A stretch of 64,000 nt of DNA, taken from the NCBI GenBank assembly GCA_000708835.1, contig DF237293.1, positions 34,551-98,550 on the forward strand. Reading direction: 5' to 3'. Made by a program: the position numbers and the translations under genes. The DNA is from Klebsormidium nitens. Its lineage: Eukaryota; Plantae; Klebsormidiophyceae. Shown in pieces: positions 1 through 10,473 of the stretch. Each line of letters starts with the position of its first letter. The stretch's first letter is position 1. The notes under the pieces were generated by a model that was not told the DNA's origin, did no database searches, and saw only the letters and a list, made by a program, of their open reading frames with translations.

Positions 1-472
1 AAACAGCAGTTGGCAGATGACACCATTGTTTGGAGCTGCCGCGGTTGATCACCTTGGGGTTGAATAGTGTTGGAGCTGACAACATCAGGAGAGAAGGCAG
101 AAAGCTGACAGCTCATTCAAAAACATGACAGCTTATCTGAAAATAGGGCACTGTGTTTGTTCAGGAGCTAGTGTTTGCGATCAGCGAGACCCACAAGCGT
201 TTGTGCAACTCTTCCGTGCGTTCGCTTCAGACAAGGCATCCCCTCTTTGAGGGGAAGCAAGTTTAGAGAGTGGGCAACGAGCTGTGACGTGTTTCATCAC
301 ACGCCGCCTCCTCCAGTTGAACAAACACAGGGGCTGTTTGAGCGGAAAAGAGATCCAGCGACAGCGGAAGGAGGGGGGTGGATCATCACCGAGTATCAGG
401 GAGGGGCCAGAGTAGTGAAAGTGGGAAACAATCTGCACTGCGAAAAGAGGGAGGGGGGAATTTGGTGCAAGC

Positions 473-3154
473 ATGGCGGTACAGCTGCATCAGCTGGGGG
501 CGGTTATGCAGTACGTCGTGTTTGGGATCTCCGTTGCGCTCGCCCTCTTCTTCATTGTGCAGACACGCCGGAAAAATGTCAACTGGGAAAGTGAGTCGGT
601 ACTACTTGAGTCAACCTTTGCTGTTTTCCTTCTCTCATTCTGATTCTCTGTAAGTGAGCTCTAGTTTTGTAGTTGGTGCACTTTTTAACTAGCTTGAATG
701 GGGCAGACTTTCAGTAGGTTAGCAAGGGACACTGCCCGAAATTTGATGAGTGATTCGAGGTAGTTTACTTCAAACAACTAGCTAGAGCTGGCATAGCAGT
801 GCTTTGGTTCCGCCATCTGAAGTAAAGTGAACCTCTCACTCACCTTGGAGGCAAAAAACTCCCTCTTGCTACAGGGAACTTGGGTAATCCTCATTCCACA
901 GAGGCTTTCATTATACTTTTATGCTTGTCTAGAGAGCACGCCTCTTTTGCATCATCTTACGAGAAGGCAGACTGGCCATTGACTGAAGAGCTAGTACGTC
1001 TGGAGTCTCAATCTCCCAATTCTACTGGAGGAAACTGGAGGAATTCGTCTGATTGTTCGACCAGGTTTTCAAGGTCATCGTTGTCAGACTGCATCCTGGC
1101 TCGTTGGGTGTCTACTTCTGCAGAGCACTTCCGGAAACATTGAAGTCGGATATCAGAAAAGCACTGGCTCGTTCAAGATTTGCTGCATAAGATATCAAAA
1201 GCACAGATGTTGTGGTTTCTCCTCACATACCCGGGTAGTTGGGCTAGCGTTTCATAGCGTCCAGTTATGCACGTTGGGCGAACTTTGCTGCTGAATCTGT
1301 TCATGACGACTTCTGTGCCCAACTTTGGGTGCATAAGCTGGCCTCAAAACAAGATACCGTCTTTCAGATGGCGAGATACAGACAATTGGCAGTTTAATGT
1401 CGCTTGCAAACATTCCTGCTCCTTCTAAACTTTGCTGGCACTTGCTGTTCGGGATTTTTCAATCAAAGCGGCCCCTTCAAGCCCCTCCCAAGTTCTCTTT
1501 GGTTTCCCTGGCCCTCGATATCAACACAAATACTGTTATGGTACTACGAGCAGTGGCCTGATGGGCTTCCGTTTGCAACTCCCTTGACGCTACCCCAGAT
1601 CGTCAAAAGACTGTCCACTCATGAGTTCCTGCACTCGTTTTTTCAGTCCACGATTTCATCTAGGTCGTTGTTAAGCCTTCATCTACCTATTCAGTCGTCT
1701 GTGAACACCGTCTTAGCCTCTGCTAACCTTCTCAGCTCTCCGTTAACCCTGCAGTCATCTTTGCCACCGCCGCCCTCGCGACCCTCTACATGCTGGAGCG
1801 TCAATGGGGCCCCGCCGGCCCCGCTGACATCAGCATGACGAGTTCGGGGCGACGGTTGCCGTGGTTCCGCTATGGGGAGTGGCTCCTGACGTTTCCTCCG
1901 TTATTGGCGGCGGTCGCAAATCTGACGGGGCTTGGGAGGCGGAAATGGGGCCAAGGAATGGCTCTGTTGGGCGCGCTCCAAGTTGCGCTTCTGGGGGGGG
2001 TCACGGCGGCATACAGCACGGGCCTTGCGGCGAAGATTGTTTTTGTAAGTGGGCCCTTGAGCCTTGACGTCGAGCTGACGTTATGCTGCGGCCTGCAATA
2101 ACTGACATTGATATTTGTCTGACTGTGGCGCTCTGTCAAAATGGAACAGCGAGCAAAGCGCCTCAGCTCGAAGGTGGCTAATGGTGGCGACCGATGAACC
2201 GATTGCAGTATTTGTTTTGGTGGCCGACGCCGCCGCCTGTTTGATCATGTCCTGATTAGTGTCGTCAATCTGAGAGATTGCGTCCGGACATCAAGTTTTC
2301 TAGCCGAGACTCATAATCGAAGGATCCAACGCACCAGACTTAAGGCCTGGGTACGGATCGAGCGTAGATTCACTGAGCTCATTTCTCCAATCGAAGCTCT
2401 GCAATGATCTGATTTGCTGACGTTGCTCATTCTTTTCCTCCAGGCGTGCATTGCGGCAGCTGCATATGCTGTTGTCCTTGTGCTGACGTCACTCACCTTC
2501 GGGCTGACGTATCGTGAGGTGCCCCTCTCCCTGCGGGGCTTCGTGTCGCTCCTGCGCGCCCTGCTGCTGCTGACGTGGCTTGTCTACCCCGTCACCTGGG
2601 CGCTCGGTCCAGCAGGTGAGGAAAGCATGATGTCAGCGCCACGTCACCAAAGCCGTGAAAGCTTTGAAACAACAAGCCGTCTTGCGGGTACATGATGAGA
2701 ACAATCCGTATGTTACGACGACTGGATCGGCTAGCCTGGGCGTCACGAAGTTGGTCGGCCGTAAATTTGCACTGGACGAGCGTTCTTATGCACAGGAAGC
2801 CTGATGCGCCAACAATGTGTCGTTTCTATCTGAAAACCAGTCCAGTGTGCTAGCCTTACCACTCCACTGTGCTAGCCTTACGAGTTCGCAACAGTCTTCT
2901 TTCTGCTGAGAAAGCGTCCTGCTTCTTCATCAGAAGCCTTAACACCAATGTCCTCAAAGCAGATTGCTGAACGCTCCTTGTCGAACGGCCTCTCCGCAGG
3001 TTTCCGCCGGATCTCCTTCGACGGCGAAACGGTCGCGTTCGCTTTTGCGGACATCTTCGCCAAGTGCGCCTGGAGCGTTCTACTGTGGTACTTCCGCCGG
3101 ACAGTCCAAGTGTCCGTTCCGGCGCAGTTCTGGGCGACGCAGGCCGACGCGCAG
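473..3154 (+). CDS. Channelrhodopsin-family microbial rhodopsin, 7-TM core (exons ~473-590, 1755-2044, 2444-2615, 3000-3154)
   Basis: Exons join in phase (a|tc, phase 0, g|gt) with GT-AG ends. The product aligns almost gaplessly with CrChR2 as recalled: QYVVFGISVALALFFIVQTRRKNVNWE (TM1), PWFRYGEWLLTFPPLLAAVANLTGL (cf. WLRYAEWLLTCPVILIHLSNLTGL), TWLVYPVTWALGPAGF (cf. SWGMFPILFILGPEGF), ADIFAKCAW (retinal Lys, codon 3062-3064). The start is uncertain: ATG 473 or an upstream frame-1 extension. Confidence 0.9.
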
Positions 3155-3771
3155 GTGGGCGGGGTTCGAAAGGTTCTCGTTCTAGTTAACCAATAAGCTC
3201 AGGGTCTCACCGAAGCTGACTCGAAGGATCACGCGCTTTGCACTCGTACTCATCCTTACCCCCGCACTCATCCCAGCCGTCTTTATGGGTGTTCGGTGGG
3301 CTTATGATTCACCCATCTGAATCTGATTGGCATTCGGCATGTGGGGACCAGGATTTAAGTTTGGAGTTCGGGCGTTTGTCCGGAAACATTGTGATCGCCA
3401 CGCGCGACCAATTTAAGCACCATCCAATAACACGTGTTTCAATTTAGAAGCTAGCTAGAAGCACGCTGTTGCCCGCCAGAAAATCTACACGTCACCCTGC
3501 TCTGAGTGGATGAGCAGACTCTTCGTGTAAGTTCGACATGGCGAATCTATCTTTCACAACGTCGAAAACGAGTATGGTGTTTCTGCGTCAGCCAAGCCGA
3601 ACCCAGCTGACGTACGCTGTTTTTCTTGTTTTTGGTCTCCGCAGGCCGCCCGGGCCGCCTCTTGGTAAGCTGCCATCGCCCAGCCGACGTTTCAATAAAA
3701 GGTCGCTGTAGAGAATTTGTCAAAGCAGAGACTTGAAATTCTGAGTCGTATGCTTCTTTTCCTCTTGGCAG

Positions 3772-6700
3772 GCTGCGCCGGGCGCCGTCGGGGATACCGG
3801 AGTTGCCCAGCAGCTCCTTGGCAAGGGAGATCCGGTGCTTGTCTCCGGGCGCCGTTTTCAGCCGGCGGTCGCGGAAGTTGGAGAGGGATCCCCCTCGGGC
3901 AAAGAGCCGCTCCTATTGGAGGAACCAGAGGTCAGGACTTTTTCTTCTGGCATGAAGAGACCTTCGATTTGCGCGTTATCTTTTTGCATCTCTGCTTCCA
4001 CAGCGTTTAGTGGAAAATGTGTTGTGGACTGGATGCAGACTGGCGAAGCCGTGGATTTGGACACCTTCGAGCTCTCGAACACATTGCGCTTTTGGAAAAG
4101 CCCAGCGCCTGCGTCCTTTGCAGTCCGCGCAGCAAAATTACGGACGAATATAATCCGGAGAGACGTTTTGTATCCCATTCGCTCGCAAGCGTGTACTTTG
4201 AATGTCTTGAAGGAGTCTCAAGTCCTGCCTTATCCTTGATTTCTGCGCAGGAGGTGCCGCTGACTGGCTGGCCGCTCGGGCTCGCACGTACGCGTGTGCA
4301 CGTGGCCCCCCGTGACGTCACCCGCCCCCGCGCTTCTCCCCGGTTCTGGTTTCCCGGTCTCTCCGATCAGATCCGCACAGAACAGGCGGCCTACAGCCCG
4401 ACCGGAACGCCCTTTCCGGTCACTCGGCCCTCGTCCCTTCTTCCGAGCCCCAGACAAGAGCTAGAAACGGCGGAAGGGGTGACGGTCTACCGGAATCCGC
4501 TGGCTCTGACGGAATCCGGAGAGCAGGAGGTAGGCGACGCGGCCGTCGCGCGCGCGCGCGGGCGCGAGCTCGCGATCGATATTCCGGGGGAGGGTTCAGG
4601 CCAGCGGACGCCGGAGTGGGGCGGAGCGGAATCCTCTGAGGACCGGAAACGGACTTGGGCGGCGTTTATCCGCTCTTTCGGTGCGCAAAAGTCGCCTCCT
4701 GAGACCAAGTCCGAGGAAGGCGAAGCCGGGTACAAAACGCTCGCCCGGCCGGAATGGCCGGGCTCTATTTCGGCGCGCAAAGAGCGCCCGGGGGAGAGTC
4801 AGTCTCGGTTCTGCCTGCGGCGACGGCCGAGGAAACCACACTCGCTTCGGAAGTTCCGACACCGACCAGCCGGCTCGAGAGAATTGTAAAAGGGCCGGAG
4901 GGATCCGGGGTGGACTCGTCCACCATGACGTCAGCGTCGAGAGCCTCCCCTTCCATGCTGACGTCAGCGGTCAGCCCGCCCGTTCCGCTGGTCGAGAGGG
5001 GAACCCCGCGCGCGACGCCCCGGCGGCGTCCGCTGCCGTTCTTCGATCCGGAGACCGGGGAAGTTAACCGGGGAGTGTTGGTGGATCCCATTGACGAGGA
5101 GTCTCCAGTGCCTGACGTCACGGAAACGTCACCGGTGACCTCATCCAGGAGGCGCCGGATGAGACGATCGGGAGTGACGGCGGAAGGCGATAGCGACGTC
5201 GACAGTTTTGATTCCGTTGGTTCCGGCATGGAAGAGTCCGACTCCGGGGAGTCAGGGGGCGGAATCTACATCGAAGAAGCAAAACCCAAGTTTAGAGTAT
5301 TCTCAGGGCGCCCCTTAAAACCCGATGCGGGCAGCCCTCCGGTTACCGTAATCCGGTCCCCGGATACCGGCGCGGCGGAAGCCGTTTCTCGGCGATTGAC
5401 GTACGAGCCCTCGGGGCCTTCCCCCGCCCCCGCGCTCGTAGGACAGCTTTTTCCGGCGTCGAAGAACTCGCCCCCGGGCGCAGAGGCCGAACTTTTCGAC
5501 GAGGAACGGCGGCGAGGGGACGGCCTGATCCTGGCCCGCCCCGCGCGCCGGCGGTTCGGGGACGCGGACCCGATGAGCCCGCGCGCTCGTAGGGTTTTGG
5601 GGCGCGAGGGTTCGGAGGGTTCGGGCGCGTCTTCGTCGCCGCGCGGGTCGCGGGGCGACATCGTAAGCCCTCGAAGCAGGAGCGGTTTGTCGCGCAGCCA
5701 GTCGGCGGAAGACCTGAACAGGGGGGGCATCTCCGTGAGTTTTGCACCCCCCCAGAGGCGGGCCGGCGGCTCGTTCGCGTACTACAGCGGGGGAAAGTTG
5801 GCGGACGTCCGGAGCAGCAGTTCCGAGAAGGACTTGTGAGCATATCTTTCTGTGACACGCAAACGAAAAAAGAGGATCATGCAGGGAGACGCAAAAGAAT
5901 GAAGAGAATCATGCAGGGCAGTTGTCGATTGTTGATCAAACCCTCAACAAACCCGCATATCTATTCGCGAGGTTTCTTAACACTGAAGCCAACGTCTCAT
6001 TTCCAAAAGCTTTGCTAGAAGCTCTTGAGTGTGGCAGAGGGCTCTTGATGGTCGATACGCACTGTTTTGGCAAGCAGATTTGCTCTTCATCTTTTTGTTG
6101 GACGCTTTTTTGAAATCGCTAGAGCCGTTGGCAGGCTACGTGCCACGTGTTCCATCAAAAGTAATTTTTAGATTGTGGAAGCACATTCAAAAGGTCTTCT
6201 ACAATCCTGAAAAGAATCTTGATGTGGACAACCCCTAGCACAGGTTCAGGGGCTCGACTTGGTCTGGGATTGAAAAGGTCTTCGGGACACTGTCAGTTGA
6301 ATTTGAAAGTTAGGTTTGAAGTCTATTTAACCTTTATGTCCAGAGATGAACGTGATACGTACGACCGCTCCAGATTGCAGGATCTCGAGCTTTCCAATCC
6401 TACTCTTTTTGGCCACTACGTATGGAAAGTTACGGACAACTTTGAGGTCCCCTTTCCAAGAACGAATGCTTCCTTTTGTCGATCACCTTTACACACGCGC
6501 GAAGCGTCCTGTTGAACGTTGACGTCCCTCTTGTCGCATCCACCGCTAAGGAGCTCTCTTGAAAACAAAACAAACAAACAGCTTTCATCCATTCTATCCG
6601 CAGTTCCGACTATTGGGGCAGAGTCACCGGAACTCCGGCGTCCATTCGGTCACCGGAGGCCGAAGCGGGCCCAGCTTTGGACGTTCCGTTCGTTCCGGCG

Positions 6701-7600
6701 CGCAATGAGGGGCCGGAATCATCCGCCACGGTGGGGCCTCAGGGTGACGTCGGCTTTGGGCAGCGTGAAATCAGCTTTGAGGAGCGTGCCGTCGGCTTCG
6801 CGGGGGCTGACGATAGGTTGCAGCGGTACGGCTCGAGTGGTGTTAGTTTTGAGAGTGACATCAGCGCGGTGCGGAGTGATCCGGGGCTGCTCCGGCGGCG
6901 ACCGCCGGAAGCGGAATTCCGCCCGGATCTCGGCCGGAGGTCGCTTGGGAGCGCGGAGTTCACCTGGCAGCTCGGTGACGCATCCGGGGGGGACTCGGAC
7001 TTCCGGCGGCGGTCCTTTCCGGTTCCGCAGTCCCGCGACCAGCGGAACGCAACGGAAGACATGCGCGAGTTTTTCCCCGCTGCGCCGGCGCGGCTGCTCG
7101 GAACGGGTGAAAGAGTGTCAATTTCGCGGCCGGACATTTCCGTTGAGCTCGAACCGCGGATTCCGGGCCCGGCACCGGAAGCGTGGGAGGAGGGCGCCGC
7201 TCAAGAAGTCTCCTTCCAGCCAGAAGCCGAAAGGGATCTCAGCGGAATGACAATGACAGTACAAGCGGGTTCTGACAGCGGGGCGTTCCGGTCCGGAGAG
7301 AGCGGCATCGAGGCATCGAGCGGAAACGGAACACTGTCGAGTCTCGAGAGCGGAGCGATCGAGCAGCGGATCTCAGGGCTTGGGGAGGAGTCGGCGCAAT
7401 TCGCCGGGCGCAATACGAGGCGGCCGTCCCCTTACTATTATTATTCCGGGGACGCGGTTACTCTTCCACCGGTCGCTTCTCTGGGAAGATTGGAGCCCAT
7501 TGTCGAAGTCGGGTCGACCCCGGAAATGTCCCCCGAGTCGGCGGAGATGCGGCCGCGGACCGCGATCCGGTTCTATTCGCCGCAGTTCCGCCGGCGGTGA
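3772..7600 (+). CDS. Probable long low-complexity C-terminal tail of the opsin (exons 3772-3930, 4251-5835 with a frame break near 4790, 6604-7600)
   Basis: Acceptors at 3771, 4250 and 6603; donors at 3931 and 5836 (tt|GTGAGC, phase 2, matching acceptor cag|t at 6604). Long S/P/E/R/G-rich ORFs at 4251-4889, 4754-5839 and 6604-7600. Linkage to the opsin is inferred from phase only. Confidence 0.55.
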
Positions 7601-9079
7601 GCGGAATATACTGCACGGAAACTGACGGCCTGTTGGATATCAGTACGACCAAACGGACAACTAACTTATAATCGACAGACATCCGGAGGGCGATCAAACT
7701 AGCATCAGGGGGTGACCGGAAAAGATCTGACCGTTTTTGTCAAAGGCTTTGTACAATGCTTCTGTTGAGCACCGTTATGTCTATCGCATCCACTTGAGAC
7801 TTGCAAGATTTCTGCTGAAATCGGACCGCGCTTGCGTTAAATCAAGAAGGATAAGAGAGAACGATACCTGATTTTGCTTGCATAGGGTTCTGAACCGTCC
7901 GCAACCATTTGTAGGGTTGCGTAGGACTCTGAGAGGGTCACTCTTGCTCACCGTTAGAATGCTTACGCAGGAAGCGAGATTGGTTACATCCAGACCCATT
8001 ATCTGCCTTGTGCCATGCGCCCGGCCTGCCCCAGCTCGTCACCGTACTGTTTTCACTGAAATTGAGTTGAGAAATCAAAGCACTCAGTTATTGCATCAGT
8101 GACCTGTTCTTCATACTCAAGATACCGTGGCATGGTGCGGTTGAATCCATTTCAAAACAGACCAGAGTGCCACTTGCATGCGTTACTTGCACATATTTCA
8201 GGCAGTTGCAATATCTAATGCGGCACATCACTGGCTGCTTACACAATCTGTTTCGACCATTGTTTGAATACGTGTTTGTCACGTACGGTAGCTCATGAGT
8301 ATTGGCCGCGCGGTACGTGTCCGATGATACAACATCCATATCGCGGCCTATCCTCAGATCTTCTCGGGCTCGACTCGCTAGCTCGGGGACTGGTCACTTC
8401 ACGCCTACCGGCCCACTTTAGGGGCTGCGCCCACTGTAGAGTCTGCATAGAAGTTGCAATTAACGGTATTATCCTGATTGCAACTAAAGGCAGCGTTCCA
8501 TCTAACGTAAGTAACTGTAATCTCTTGCTCTGTGTGCAGAGAGACGTATAGGCACGGATCGAAATCCCGTTGTGCTTGAATCAAGTCTGACGACGCCTGT
8601 CTCATGAAAGTCGAAACATGATCAAAATTCCGCGCGTCAGAAACAAGCATGTTTGCGTCGGCCGTGCTGCAGTCCATATCACTTCCTGCTGTGGACACAT
8701 TGGAGCCGACCCTCTCGTCTGCGCCGTTGTAGCGCCCGCCCTCAACGCACCGGCACAACCGGCGGTCGATGTCGGGGTTTGATCTCTGGTTCTCAACAAG
8801 GTGGCGAGATTCCATGCTGTCGGTAACATTTGACTGAGACGTCGCACGCGGCGCTGGCGGACCGAAGCAGCTTAGAACAGCGGCATCGGTCACAACAACT
8901 ACCAATCTATCTCGGAGAATTGAAAAGGGGCGTTCAGGTAGAGAAGAGTAGAGTGAATTTATTTGTCACGTGATGGCCACACTGAGAAGTACGGTTCCTC
9001 CTGGTTTAGAGCTATGTCAAGGACGCTTTTGTGCCACGTGCAGGAATCCCTTGTGGCAACATGCAACTAGCGAGACTGA

Positions 9080-10473
9080 TCAGAAGATCCCAACGGAGAA
9101 CGCGTTATCCGCTGCTAACGCCTCTAGTCGCTCGCGTGTTTCCGCCGGTTCCGCTCTTGAGTAACGGATCTCTTTCATGTCGCACCAGAACTCAATGGGT
9201 CCATGTATCTGGGCCTCTACCAGGAAGGAAGCTTCGTCCGTTGCGTCCGAAAACTTCCGGTTGACGAGTCTGCGGATGTCCGCACTGGAGAAACCGCTCA
9301 GAATGTGGGCAAAGTGCTCACACGTGGCGGGAGTGTCGAAAGAGGACATCGAATCGCCGAGAGTGAAGGTAGCCCGTTTCCGGACGTCCGGGAGGAGCTC
9401 AAAGAGGCAGTGTCCGTACGAGAAAGCGCATCCCTGGGGGTGTTGGTACAGGTTAAGCGCGCCGTATTTTGGGCGTTCCGAGGGGATGGCTCCCTTCCCT
9501 CTGTGATACATCCCGGCAAAGAGTCGCCTTTCCCCTTCGTCGCGACTTTCTCCAAGACTGCCCGCTGAAATGTGCATTTCAAACTGGTTGCGGTAATGGG
9601 TATCGTTGAGAAACCCCTCGAGGACCGTTGATTGCATGCGGTCGGTACGATTTTGCAGGATCGAAGTGGATAACGATGGGCGCACTTTCCCGGACGTACT
9701 GCAAAACCTGCGCGAGCGCGTCGCGCGCAAAACCCAGGTCCTTAAAACGCTGTGCCAATTTCGGGAGGGCTTTGTCGGACGCTTCCTTCGCTCTCCGACG
9801 CGCGTCCCGCAGAAACTCTTTTTGCGTGACCGATAGTCCTAGCCGGCCCCCAAACTCCTCGTCCGCAAGCCCACAGTTTAGGCCCCGGAACAAGAATATT
9901 CGAATAGGAATATTCGGAATTTTGCCGCCAGGAATTGGAATATTGGGCTAAAATTTTTCAGATATCTGGAATATGGGGTTTGGATTTTTTTGAGGATTGG
10001 AATATCAAGTTTGGACCAAACAGGCCAAAGAATTGGGCATTTCGTTCTGAGATTGAGCATTTTGTAAGAATATTGTATGAATATGGAATATTTCAAGCCC
10101 CAGGCATTGGAATACCGCCCAATTTGGAGCTAGGAGTATGGAATATCCAGATTCCAAACCCATATATTCTTGTTCTAGGGCCGACACAGTTTCTAGCCTG
10201 ACTTGCGCTGTCCGTTTAAGTTGCCTTCTCTTCCAAAGACGTTTCCTTCTCACGGCTTTTCGCTGAAGCGTTCGTTTTCGAACTGGCCAACTCGCTCTTG
10301 TTCGAAGGCCCTACCTCTCTTTCAAAATCCAAAGCTTCCAAAGACGGAACGGTCTCAAGCCTCTTCTTTATCTCCTTGGCAGGCGCACCCCTCACCCTGG
10401 ACTCTCCAGTATTCCGTCGAGCAACGGAATCCGGCGCGGCACGCCGGCGAGGGCGGAAATTGTAGCAGCCCAT
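9080..10473 (-). pseudogene. DUF3626-like gene copy 1, disrupted
   Basis: Motifs IVIHFDP, YRNQFE, RPKYGALN, YGHCLF and LVEAQIHGPI are shared with the intact paralog. Disruptions: in-frame TAA at 10216-10218, an insertion at 9880-10184 whose removal restores the frame, and a 1-nt frameshift near 9640. Confidence 0.8.
9880..10184. mobile_element. MITE (~305 bp) inserted in DUF3626 copy 1
   Basis: Inverted repeat GGCCCCGGAACAAGAATAT (9881-9899) / ATATTCTTGTTCTAGGGCC (10164-10182), 17/19 match; flanking 8-bp direct repeat CACAGTTT (9872-9879, 10185-10192); AT-rich interior with repeated GGAATA. Confidence 0.8.

Noticed and set aside
700-1400. Protein-like but stop-riddled frames inside opsin intron 1 (ORFs 880-1143 and 1404-1838)
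   Set aside because: No recognisable motif; the opsin exons join correctly without them.
4703-4889. Programmed -1 ribosomal frameshift between the overlapping opsin-tail ORFs
   Set aside because: No X XXY YYZ slippery heptamer in the overlap; an indel at the G5 run is the simpler explanation.
8405-8905. 166-aa minus-strand ORF
   Set aside because: No motif and no convincing splice partners; could be an orphan exon but is unsupported.
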